Positions 18,414 to 27,348 are shown, numbered from the stretch's first letter. The stretch is DNA of 64,000 nt from an uncultured Actinomycetota bacterium (GCA_963749865.1 CAVVOE010000010.1:11761-75760); one strand, 5' to 3'. Notes: generated from the sequence alone by a model not told the origin. Translations and numbers: made by a program.

Positions 18414-20702
18414 ATGGACCCCAAGGACGCCATCAAGGACACGGCCAAGGCGGTCGGCGACAAGGTGGAGGAGGTGGCCGAGGCCGCGGCGAGCAAGGCC
18501 GCCGCCCTCGCCGAGCTGCCGATCCCGGGCGCTCCGGGCAGCGAGCCGCCGACCGTGGAGGAACCCACCGAGCCGCGGGAGACCCCGCCGCCCAAGCCAG
18601 ACCAGGCCCAGCCCGACCCGCACTCCCCGACCGGCGCGCCCCTGGCCGACCCTCCGACCGCATCCGCCCAGCAGGGCGCGTTCCTCACCACGGCGACCGG
18701 CGTCCGGCTCCGCGACAGCGACCACTCGCTCAAGGCCGGCAAGCGTGGTCCCACCCTGCTGCAGGACCACCACCTGCGCGAGAAGATCATGCACTTCGAC
18801 CACGAGCGGATCCCGGAGCGCGTGGTGCACGCCCGCGGGGCCGGCGCGCACGGGGTCTTCGAGTCCAACGGCGCGGCCGCCTCGGTGACCCGGGCGGCGT
18901 TCCTGGCCCAGGGTGTCGAGACGCCGGTGTTCGTGCGGTTCTCGACCGTGCTCGGCTCTCGCGGATCTGCGGACACGGTGCGCGACACCCGCGGGTTCGC
19001 CACGAAGTTCTACACGACAGAGGGCAACTTCGACCTCGTCGGCAACAACATCCCGGTCTTCTTCATCCAGGACGGCATCAAGTTCCCCGACGTCATCCAC
19101 GCCGGAAAGCCGCACCCGGACCGCGAGATCCCGCAGGCCCAGAGCGCCCACGACACCTTCTGGGACTTCGTCTCACTGCATACCGAGGCCCAGCACCACA
19201 CGATGTGGAACATGTCCGACCGTGGGATCCCGCGGTCGTACCGGATGATGGAGGGCTTCGGGGTCCACACGTTCCGGCTGGTCGGCGCCGACGGCGGTAC
19301 GACGCTGTGCAAGTTCCACTGGAAGCCGCGGCTCGGCGTCCACTCCCTCACCTGGGAGGAGGCCCAGCTGGCGGCCGGCGTCGACCCGGACTTCCACCGG
19401 CGTGACCTGTACGACGCCATCGAGTCGGGCGCGTACCCGGCGTGGGACCTGGGGATCCAGACCTTCCCCGACGTCGAGGAGCAGACCTTCGAGGGCATCG
19501 ACCTGCTGGACCCGACCAAGATCGTCCCCGAGGAGCTGGCGCCGGTGCAGCTCGTGGGCACCCTGACCCTGAACGGGAACCCGACGAACTTCTTCGCCGA
19601 GACCGAGCAGGTCGCCTTCCACACCGGACACCTGGTGCCGGGCATCGACGCCACCGACGACCCACTGCTGCAGGCGCGGAACTTCTCCTACCTCGACACC
19701 CAGCTGACCCGGTTGGGCGGTCCGAACTTCAACCAGATCCCGGTCAACCGCCCGCACGCGCCGGTCAACGACATGCACCGCGACGGCTTCCACCAGCACG
19801 CGGTGCACGGCGGGGTGGCGCCGTACAAGCCGAACTCGCTGGACGCCGGCTGCCCGTTCTTCGCGGGCGCCGACGAGGGTGCTTTCGTGGATGTGCCCGT
19901 GCAGGTGCCGGCCGCGTCGAAGGTCCGCGAGGCACCGGCGTCGTTCGACGACCACTACAGCCAGGTGCGCCTGTTCTGGCAGAGCATGACCCCGGTCGAG
20001 AAGGAGCACATCGTGCTCGCCTACACCTTCGAGCTGGGCAAGTGCTACGAGCAGGCGGTCAAGGAGCGCCAGCTCCAGTGTCTGGCCAACATCGACGCCG
20101 ACCTGTGCGCCGAGGTCGCCACCGGACTCGGCCTGCCCGCTCCCGAGCCCACCGTCGAGGTGCCGGACGCCGAGCCCAGCCCTGCCCTCTCCCAGGTCGG
20201 CGGCGAGTGGCCACCCGACGGGCGGATCGTCGGCATCGTCGTCGACCCCGGCGGTGACCTGGACGGGGTCGAGACCGTCCGCCGCACGCTGCTGGCTGCA
20301 GGCGCCCTGCCACTGGTCATCGGTCCGCACGGCGGTGAGGTCGACGGCACGGTCGTGCAACGCACTTTCGCCACCGTCCGCTCGGTCGAGCTCGACGCGA
20401 TCCTGGTCGCCGGTGCGGCGCCCCCGGCGCCGGACGCCGTGGCGAGCCGGGACAGCAAGGCCGGCGCGGAGCAGGACGTCGACGCTGACCTGGATCCGCG
20501 GGTCGGGCTGCTGCTCGAGGAGTGCTTCCGGCACGCCAAGGTGATCGGCGCCTGGGGAGACGGGGAGACCGCCATCACGGCCATGGGGCTGGAGGAAGAG
20601 GCGGGCGTCGTCGTCCGCGACGAGGCGGCCGCCGTGCTCGCCGACGTCCAGCGGCTGATGGCCGGCCACCGGGTCTGGGACCGATTCGCGACGCGGCTCT
20701 GA
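18414..20702 (+). CDS. katE: Large-subunit catalase HPII
   Basis: RERIPERVVHARGAGAHG motif, catalase core, and a C-terminal DJ-1/PfpI-like domain. GAGGAGGG lies upstream of the ATG. Confidence 0.92.
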   Translation: MDPKDAIKDTAKAVGDKVEEVAEAAASKAAALAELPIPGAPGSEPPTVEEPTEPRETPPPKPDQAQPDPHSPTGAPLADPPTASAQQGAFLTTATGVRLRDSDHSLKAGKRGPTLLQDHHLREKIMHFDHERIPERVVHARGAGAHGVFESNGAAASVTRAAFLAQGVETPVFVRFSTVLGSRGSADTVRDTRGFATKFYTTEGNFDLVGNNIPVFFIQDGIKFPDVIHAGKPHPDREIPQAQSAHDTFWDFVSLHTEAQHHTMWNMSDRGIPRSYRMMEGFGVHTFRLVGADGGTTLCKFHWKPRLGVHSLTWEEAQLAAGVDPDFHRRDLYDAIESGAYPAWDLGIQTFPDVEEQTFEGIDLLDPTKIVPEELAPVQLVGTLTLNGNPTNFFAETEQVAFHTGHLVPGIDATDDPLLQARNFSYLDTQLTRLGGPNFNQIPVNRPHAPVNDMHRDGFHQHAVHGGVAPYKPNSLDAGCPFFAGADEGAFVDVPVQVPAASKVREAPASFDDHYSQVRLFWQSMTPVEKEHIVLAYTFELGKCYEQAVKERQLQCLANIDADLCAEVATGLGLPAPEPTVEVPDAEPSPALSQVGGEWPPDGRIVGIVVDPGGDLDGVETVRRTLLAAGALPLVIGPHGGEVDGTVVQRTFATVRSVELDAILVAGAAPPAPDAVASRDSKAGAEQDVDADLDPRVGLLLEECFRHAKVIGAWGDGETAITAMGLEEEAGVVVRDEAAAVLADVQRLMAGHRVWDRFATRL

Positions 20703-20760
20703 CCGTCGATCCCCTTTCGGGTGAGGTGTGTCCGGCGGCGGCTCGGGCACCGCTGGTGAC

Positions 20761-22171
20761 ATGGCCCTCACCTCGCTGTGGCAGGACCGCCACCCCCGCA
20801 CGTCCCTCCCGCCCGCGGCGGAGGTCTCCGGTCACTTCGACGTCGCCGTCGTCGGCGCCGGCCTGACCGGTCTGACCACGGCCCTGCTGCTGGGCCGGGC
20901 CGGCCGGTCGGTGGTGGTGCTCGAGGCCGGACAAGTGGGCCACGGCACCACCGGGCGGAGCACCGCCAAGATCAGCTGCCTCCAGGGCGCCCGGCTGTCC
21001 TCGATCGCCCGCAAGCACTCCGACTCGCTCGTCCAGCAGTACGTCGAGGCGCAGCGGGAGGGGCTGGCGTGGCTGGACCGGTTCTGCGCCGACCACGACG
21101 TCGCCGTCCAGCGTCGCGACGCCGTCAGCTACGCGCACGGCGCGGAGGGCGAGCGCACGCTGCGCCGGGAGCTCGAGCTCGCCACCGGGGCCGGCCTCGC
21201 ACCCGAGTGGGTCGACGAGCTGCCGCTGCCGTTCGCGACCCGCGGCGGCGTACGCCTGGCCGACCAGCTGCAGGTCGACCCGATGGAGCTGCTGGACGCC
21301 TTCTCGGTCGAGGCGGCCGCGCACGGCGTGCGCTTGGTCGAAGGCGCACGGGTCACCAAGGTGCGCGGCTCGGACCCGGTGCGGGTCACGACCGAGGCCG
21401 GTGACGTGCAGGCGGCACCGGGTGGTGGTGGCCACCAACATGCCGGTCCTCGACCGCGGCGGGTTCTTCGCGCGGATGAAGCCGCAGCGCTCGTACGGTC
21501 TCGCCTTCCGTACGCCGACCCAGGCCGTCGACGCCATGTACCTGTCGGTCGACCAGCCCTCCCGCTCGCTGCGGGACGCGCCGGACCCCGAAGGCACGCT
21601 GCTGCTGGTCGGGGGCAACGGTCACAAGGTCGGCGCGAACGTGGACACGACGAAGCGGGTCGAGGAGCTGCGCCGCTGGACGCTCGAGCACTGGCCCGAG
21701 GCGGAGGAGACCCACGCCTGGTCCGCCCAGGACTACGAGCCGCACCACGAGCTGCCGTTCGCCGGGCCGATCCTGCCCGGCAGCGACGAGATCCTGGTGG
21801 CCGGTGGCTACTCGAAGTGGGGCCTGACCAACGCGGTCGCCGCGTCCCTTGCCCTCAGCGGCCAGCTGCTCGGCGGGAACATGCCGTGGGCGGAAGCGTT
21901 CCGCACGTGGAGCCGGCACGAGGTGACCGGGCTGGCCACGGCGGCGCTGGTCAACGGCGAGGTCGGCCTGGAGCTGACCCGCGGCTGGATCGGCGCGGTC
22001 GCGAGCCGGTCGCTGCACGAGGACGGGGTCCGGAGGGTCTGCACCCACCTGGGCGGCATCGTGCGGTGGAACGACGCCGAGCACAGCTGGGACTGCCCGC
22101 TGCACGGCTCGCGGTTCGACCGGGAGGGCCCGGTGCTGGAGGGGCCGGCGGTCTGCGGGCTGCGGCGCTAG
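20761..22171 (+). pseudogene. FAD-dependent oxidoreductase with C-terminal Rieske [2Fe-2S] domain, frame broken at 21412-21421
   Basis: The N-terminal frame (DVAVVGAGLTGLTTALLL ... VTTEAGDVQA) loses sense at 21412. The next frame resumes with RVVVATNMPVLDRGGFF and continues to the Rieske motif CTHLGG..CPLHGS. The start could also be GTG 20728. Confidence 0.65.
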
Positions 22172-22174
22172 CTC

Positions 22175-22501
22175 CTAGAGATAGAGGCCGGTGGCCCCGC
22201 CGTCCTCGAGGCGTTCGGCGGCCACGGCGTGGACGTCGCGCTCGCGCATGACGAAGTAGGTCTCGCCGTTCACCTCGACCTCCGACCGGTGCTCGGGGTC
22301 GAAGAGCACCTTGTCGCCGGCCTCGACCGTGCGCGCGTGCGGCCCGACCGCGACCACCCGGGACCAGGCCAGCCGGCGGCCGCCCATCGCCGCGGTGGCC
22401 GGGATCACGATGCCGCCCGAGGACCGCCGCTCCCCCGCGTCCGGGTCCACCTCGACCAGGATGCGGTCGTGCAGCATGCGGATGGGCGTCTTGTCTGTCA
22501 T
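22175..22501 (-). CDS. GroES-family (Cpn10-like) protein, orphan
   Basis: IRMLHDRILVEV..GGIVIP..VVAVGP..GDKVLF..YFVMRERDVHAV follows the GroES pattern. There is no groEL nearby. Confidence 0.7.
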   Translation of the reverse strand: MTDKTPIRMLHDRILVEVDPDAGERRSSGGIVIPATAAMGGRRLAWSRVVAVGPHARTVEAGDKVLFDPEHRSEVEVNGETYFVMRERDVHAVAAERLEDGGATGLYL

Positions 22502-22510
22502 GTCTCCGGT

Positions 22511-22774
22511 TTAGCGGGTGACCTTCCGGATCAGCATGAAGACCGCGATCGTGCCGACCACGCCACCGACCACCTTGAGGATGTTCTCGGTGCGCGGCTC
22601 GCCGGTGACCGGGTCGACGAAGAACGCCTTCAGGTCCGCGACCTCGCGGGTGACGATCGTCTTCGGGTGCGCGCGGTGGAGGAGCTCGTCGATCGTGCCG
22701 GCCAGTCGGTCCCGGGTCTCCTCGATGTCGCGCTCGAGCGCGTTCGGACCCTCGTCGCCCTTGCCTTTCGCCAC
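22511..22774 (-). CDS. DUF3618-like small membrane-anchored protein
   Basis: LERDIEETRDRLAGTIDEL helix plus a C-terminal TM segment. Confidence 0.6.
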   Translation of the reverse strand: MAKGKGDEGPNALERDIEETRDRLAGTIDELLHRAHPKTIVTREVADLKAFFVDPVTGEPRTENILKVVGGVVGTIAVFMLIRKVTR

Positions 22775-22787
22775 GTGCCGGAGGCTA

Positions 22788-23547
22788 TCAACCGGCCAGC
22801 GGCCGGGGACCCACGGTCCTGGGGTCGAACCCGAACGGCAGCTCGAGGCGGTGCGCCTTCATCAGCGCGTCGTCGGTGAGGAGGTGGTACGTCGGCCCGT
22901 CGGCCACCACGTTGCCGTCGCTGAGCACGACCGACCGCGGGCACAGCTCGAGCGCGTAGGGCAGGTCGTGGGTGACCATCAGCACGGTCACGTCGAGCGA
23001 GCGCAGGATGTCGGCCAGCTCGCGGCGCGACGCAGGATCGAGGTTGGACGACGGCTCGTCGAGGACCAGGATCTGCGGCTCCATGGCCAGCACGGTGGCG
23101 ACCGCCACCCGGCGGCGCTGGCCGAAGGAGAGGTGGTGGGGCGGGCGGTCGGCGAACTCCGCCATCCCTACCTGCTCGAGGGCGCGACGCACGCGTGCAG
23201 TCGAGCTCGGCGCCGGTGAGACCGAGGTTGGCCGGCCCGAAGGCGACGTCCTGGCGCACGGTGCCCATGAACAGCTGGTCGTCGGGGTCCTGGAACACGA
23301 TGCCGACCCGGCGCCGGATCTCCGGGACGTTCTCCTTGGTCACCGGCAGGCCGCTGACCGCGACGCTGCCGGCTCCCGCCGCGAGGATGCCGTTGAGGTG
23401 GAGCACCAGCGTGGTCTTGCCGGCGCCGTTCGGGCCGAGCAGCGCGACCCGCTCGCCCTGCTCGACGTGCAGGTCGACGCCGTAGAGCGCCTGGTGGCCG
23501 TCGGGGTAGGCGAAGGCGAGGCCGCGGACGTCGAGGACCGGGGTCAC
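22788..23547 (-). pseudogene. cbiO: ECF transporter ATPase CbiO/EcfA, frame broken at about 23190-23200
   Basis: The N-terminal frame (VTPVLDVRGLAFAYPDG..GPNGAGKTT..GLTGAELD) and the C-terminal frame (VRRALEQVGMAEF..LSFGQRRRVAVA..LVLDEP) are offset by one base. The GTG start overlaps the cbiQ stop (GTGA). Confidence 0.7.
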
Positions 23548-24215
23548 GGTCTCGGCATCCTTCCGGTGTAGCCGCGGCTGAGCATGGCGAGGTGGACCCG
23601 TTCGCCGCGCTCGTAGGAGCGGATGAACAAGGCGCCGGCCGAGCGGGCCAGCACCGGCCAGTGCCGCGGGTTGCGCGCGGTGAAGCCACGGGACTCGCGG
23701 GCGATCTTCATCCGGTGCATCTCGCTGGTGACCACGTCGAGGTAGCGCACCATGAAGCCCATGATCTGGACCAGCAGGTTCGGCAGCCGGAGCCGCTCCA
23801 GGCCGGCCAGCAGCTCCTGCGGCTCGGTGGTCGCGGCCAGGGTGAGGCTGGCCAGCACGCCCAGGGTCCCCTTGGCCAGCAGCCCCCAGGCGGCGAGCAG
23901 GCCGGACTCGCTCACGCTCAGGCCGAGCACCTCGGTCTGGGGACCGTGCGCGACGAACGGCAGCAGCACCGCGAAGACCACGAACGGCAGCTCGACCACC
24001 ATCCGCTTCAGCAGGTACGTCGCGGGCACCTTCGAGACCGCGACCACCACCGCGATGACGGCCAGGTAGGCGGCGTACGCCGGGAACCACTCGCGCGGCG
24101 TCGCCACCACGACCAGCACGAAGCCCAGGAGCGCCAGGATCTTCAGGTGGGCAGGCGCGCGGTGGACCGGCGAGTGCGCGTGGAAGTGCAGCTGGTGCCC
24201 GTGCGGGCCGCCCAC
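23544..24215 (-). CDS. cbiQ: ECF transporter transmembrane (T) component CbiQ
   Basis: Multi-TM protein with C-terminal ARESRGF..RSYERGERVHLAMLSRGY, typical of CbiQ/EcfT. Confidence 0.85.
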   Translation of the reverse strand: MGGPHGHQLHFHAHSPVHRAPAHLKILALLGFVLVVVATPREWFPAYAAYLAVIAVVVAVSKVPATYLLKRMVVELPFVVFAVLLPFVAHGPQTEVLGLSVSESGLLAAWGLLAKGTLGVLASLTLAATTEPQELLAGLERLRLPNLLVQIMGFMVRYLDVVTSEMHRMKIARESRGFTARNPRHWPVLARSAGALFIRSYERGERVHLAMLSRGYTGRMPRP

Positions 24216-24216
24216 C

Positions 24217-24492
24217 TCAGGCCTGCTCGTCCGTCGGAGGGCGCCGCCGCACGGCGTACGTGACGGCGGCCGCCAGGCCCAGCACGACGAGCACGCCGAT
24301 CACCCCGGTCAGACGGCCGTAGCCGCCCAGCAGGCCGTCGTGGGTCGTCGCGGTGTGGGCGAATCCGTGGTCCTCGGAGACCTTGGTCAGCCCGTCCGGG
24401 TCGCCACTGGCGAGGCTGCTCACGACGCCGGCCAGGACCAGTGCGACGAGGAGGACGGTGGCCGCGACGACCTTGGTGCTGGGGCGCCTCAT
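24217..24492 (-). CDS. PDGLE-domain small membrane protein (CbiN-like component)
   Basis: 91 aa with two TM helices flanking GDPDGLTKV. The ATG overlaps the cbiM stop. Confidence 0.7.
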   Translation of the reverse strand: MRRPSTKVVAATVLLVALVLAGVVSSLASGDPDGLTKVSEDHGFAHTATTHDGLLGGYGRLTGVIGVLVVLGLAAAVTYAVRRRPPTDEQA

Positions 24493-25187
24493 GCCGCGGC
24501 CCTGCGGCCTGACGTGCGGACGACGAGCTCGCGCTTCTCGAGCACCGGCCGGGCGCCGTACACGAGGTCCGGGCGGACCGCGATGATGCTCCCGACCGCC
24601 AGCGCGGTGATCGCCCCCTCCCCGATGCCGATGAGCACGTGCACGCCGACCATCGCGGTCGCCAGGCTCCCGAGCGAGAGGTCGGCGGTGCCGCCGACGG
24701 CGTAGAGAAGCACGAACGCGAGAGCGGCCACCGGCACCGAGACGAACGCCGCCACTCCGGCCGTCGGCGCGACCACCGAGAGCCGTTTGGGCAGGACCGC
24801 CTGGAGCCCCTTGAACACCGACCATCCGACCACCACGGTGACCAGGCCCATCAGGTCGATGTTGGTGCCCAGAGCGGTGATGCCGCCGTCGGCGAAGAGC
24901 AGGCACTGCACGAGGAAGACCGTCGCCATGCACAACAGCCCCGTGTAGGGGCCGACCAGGATGGCGGCCAAGGCACCGCCGAGGAGGTGGCCGCTGGTGC
25001 CCGAGGCGACCGGGAAGTTGAGCATCTGGGTGGCGAAGACAAATGCCGCGACGAGGCCGGCGAGCGGCGCCGTTCGGTCGTCGAGCTCGCGGCGAGCCCC
25101 CTTGAGCGCGACTCCGACCACCACGGCCGCGACCGCACCGGTCGCGATCGACGTGGGTGCGTCCAGGAACCCGTCGGGTACGTGCAT
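24489..25187 (-). CDS. cbiM: Cobalt/nickel ECF substrate-capture component CbiM/NikM
   Basis: Starts MHVPDGF (the metal-ligating N-terminus). GAGGAGG lies upstream. Confidence 0.88.
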   Translation of the reverse strand: MHVPDGFLDAPTSIATGAVAAVVVGVALKGARRELDDRTAPLAGLVAAFVFATQMLNFPVASGTSGHLLGGALAAILVGPYTGLLCMATVFLVQCLLFADGGITALGTNIDLMGLVTVVVGWSVFKGLQAVLPKRLSVVAPTAGVAAFVSVPVAALAFVLLYAVGGTADLSLGSLATAMVGVHVLIGIGEGAITALAVGSIIAVRPDLVYGARPVLEKRELVVRTSGRRAAA

Positions 25188-25304
25188 GCACTGCCTCCTC
25201 GGGCGGGGTCTAGGTTGGGAGCACCGGTGGCTTCTGATGCTTACCGTACGTTGTTGCATATTGTTCGCAACAGCGCCCCAATCCGGATTTGGACAGGACC
25301 TCAC

Positions 25305-25778
25305 GTGACCGACCGACTCTCCCCCGGGGACACCGCCCCCGACTTCACGCTGACCTCCGACACCGGCGAGCAGGTCTCCCTCAAGGAGCTGCGCGGCCAG
25401 AAGGTGATCGTGTACTTCTACCCGGCGGCGATGACCCCGGGCTGCACGAAGGAGGCCTGCGACTTCACCGACTCGCTCGACTCCCTGAAGGCGCGCGGAT
25501 ACGAGGTGCTCGGCATCTCCCCGGACCAGCCCGCGAAGCTGGCCAAGTTCCGCGACCGCGACTCGCTGACCATCACGCTGCTCTCCGACGCTGACAAGGC
25601 GGTGATGAAGTCCTACGGCGCGTACGGCCTGAAGAAGCTGTACGGCAAGGAGGTCGAGGGCGTGATCCGCTCGACCTTCGTGGTCGACGAGGACGGCAAG
25701 GTCGAGCTCGCCCAGTACAACGTCAAGGCCACCGGCCACGTCGCGAAGCTCCGCAAGGACCTCGGGCTGGTCGCCTAG
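25305..25778 (+). CDS. bcp: Thioredoxin-dependent thiol peroxidase (Bcp/PrxQ)
   Basis: VIVYFYPAAMTPGCTKEAC active site. GTG start at 25305. Confidence 0.9.
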   Translation: MTDRLSPGDTAPDFTLTSDTGEQVSLKELRGQKVIVYFYPAAMTPGCTKEACDFTDSLDSLKARGYEVLGISPDQPAKLAKFRDRDSLTITLLSDADKAVMKSYGAYGLKKLYGKEVEGVIRSTFVVDEDGKVELAQYNVKATGHVAKLRKDLGLVA

Positions 25779-25803
25779 CCCGGTCGTCTAGCCTGCCGGT
25801 GCC

Positions 25804-25877
25804 GCGTCCGTAGCCCAATTGGCAGAGGCACCAGGCTTAGGACCTGGACAGTGAGAGTTCGAGTCTCTCCGGACGCA
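25804..25877 (+). tRNA. 74-nt tRNA, anticodon TAG (Leu codons CUA/CUG), short 5-nt variable region
   Basis: Hand fold: acceptor GCGTCCG/CGGACGC; D arm GCC-CAATTGGCAGA-GGC; anticodon stem CCAGG/CCTGG with loop CTTAGGA; variable region ACAGT; T arm GAGAG-TTCGAGT-CTCTC; discriminator A; no encoded CCA. Confidence 0.8.
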
Positions 25878-25901
25878 CGCTCCCACCCCTAGAGTCCGGC
25901 C

Positions 25902-26783
25902 ATGGACTCAGCGCTCACCACGGTCGGGCTGCCGATCGCGCTCGGCATCATCATGTTCGGGCTCGGGCTGTCGCTGACGCCGGACGACTTCCGGCGGGTG
26001 GCCAGGCATCCGCGCGCGGTGGCGGTGGCGCTGGGCTGCCAGCTGGTGCTGCTGCCGCTGGTGTGCTTCGGGCTGGTCAAGGTCTTCGACCTGCCGCCGC
26101 TGCTGGGTGTCGGGCTGATGCTGCTGGCGGCCTCGCCGGGCGGGACGAGCGCGAACCTGTTCAGCCACCTGTTCCGTGGCGACGTGGCTCTCAACGTCAC
26201 GCTGACCGCGGTGAACTCGGTCATCGCGATCGTGAGCCTGCCGGTCATCACCAACCTCGCGATCGCGCACTACGATCTCGACGACAGCGTGAGCCTGCAG
26301 TTCGCGAAGGTGCTCGAGGTGTTCGCGATCGTCCTGGTGCCGGTGGCGATCGGGATGCTGGTCCGGGCGACCGCGGAGTCGTGGGCCGAGCGGATGGACA
26401 AGCCGGTGCGGATCGGCTCGGCGGTGATCCTGGCGGTGCTGGTGCTGGGCATCCTGGTCGACCAGCGCGAGAACGTCGGCGACTACCTCGCCGACGTCGG
26501 CCTGGCCGCGGCAGCGTTCTGCGCGATCAGCCTGGTCACCGGGTACGTCGTGCCGATGGCCGCAGGCGTCCGGGACGACCAGGCGATCGCCTCGTCGATG
26601 GAAATCGGCGTGCACAACGGAACGCTGGCGATCTTCGTGGCCGTCGAGGTGCTCGACTCGACCGAGATCTCGGTCCCGGCCGCGGTGTACTCGATCATCA
26701 TGTTCGTCTTCGCCGCGATCTGGGGAACGGTGCTCAGCCGTCGGCTCCGAGGAGCTCCGCGACCTGCGGCGCCAGCTGCCTGA
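25902..26783 (+). CDS. Bile acid:sodium symporter (BASS/SBF-like) family transporter
   Basis: Multi-TM protein with LLAASPGGTSANLFS motif. Confidence 0.8.
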   Translation: MDSALTTVGLPIALGIIMFGLGLSLTPDDFRRVARHPRAVAVALGCQLVLLPLVCFGLVKVFDLPPLLGVGLMLLAASPGGTSANLFSHLFRGDVALNVTLTAVNSVIAIVSLPVITNLAIAHYDLDDSVSLQFAKVLEVFAIVLVPVAIGMLVRATAESWAERMDKPVRIGSAVILAVLVLGILVDQRENVGDYLADVGLAAAAFCAISLVTGYVVPMAAGVRDDQAIASSMEIGVHNGTLAIFVAVEVLDSTEISVPAAVYSIIMFVFAAIWGTVLSRRLRGAPRPAAPAA

Positions 26784-27348
26784 GCGCCCTGCCGCGGTGG
26801 CTGATCGCATCCTTGTCCGCGATCGAGAGCTCGGCGGTGGTCGGACCGGGGTGGTCGTCGGCGACGAAGACGACGTCGTAGCCGAAGCCGCCTGAGCCGC
26901 GAACCTCGCGGGTCACCCTGCCGGGCATCCGGCCCTCGACCACGAGCTCGCCGGCCGTGGGGTGACAGAACGCCACCACGCAGGTGAAGTGCGCTCCGCG
27001 CCGGTCGTCGGGGACGTCGGCCAGCTGGTGCAGCAGCAGCTCGTTGTTGCGCGCGTCCGACCTGGGCGGCCCAGCCCATCGGGCGGACAGCACACCGGGC
27101 ATGCCATTGAGCGCGTCGACACATAGGCCCGAGTCGTCGGCCAGGGAGGGCAGGCCGGTGGCGGCCAGCCCAGCGCGGGCCTTGAGCAGCGCGTTGCCCT
27201 CGAACGTCGGCTGGTCCTCGACCGGCTCGTCGTACGACGCCACGTCGTCCAGCCCGAGCACGGAGACCGACGGGAGCTGCATACGAAGGATCCGCTCCAT
27301 CTCGGCCAGCTTCTTGGCGTTGCGGGAGGCCAGGAACACACGACTCAC
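26734..27348 (-). CDS. rdgB: Non-canonical purine NTP pyrophosphatase
   Basis: [37 protein letters not shown]. The GTG start overlaps the rph stop (GTGA). Confidence 0.88.
   Translation of the reverse strand: MSRVFLASRNAKKLAEMERILRMQLPSVSVLGLDDVASYDEPVEDQPTFEGNALLKARAGLAATGLPSLADDSGLCVDALNGMPGVLSARWAGPPRSDARNNELLLHQLADVPDDRRGAHFTCVVAFCHPTAGELVVEGRMPGRVTREVRGSGGFGYDVVFVADDHPGPTTAELSIADKDAISHRGRALRQLAPQVAELLGADG

Noticed and set aside
25188-25304. Possible cobalamin riboswitch in front of cbiM.
   Set aside because: The leader is only about 115 nt. I could not find a B12 box or the conserved GCCACUG-type core on the minus strand. The leader is kept only as a candidate protein-operator region.
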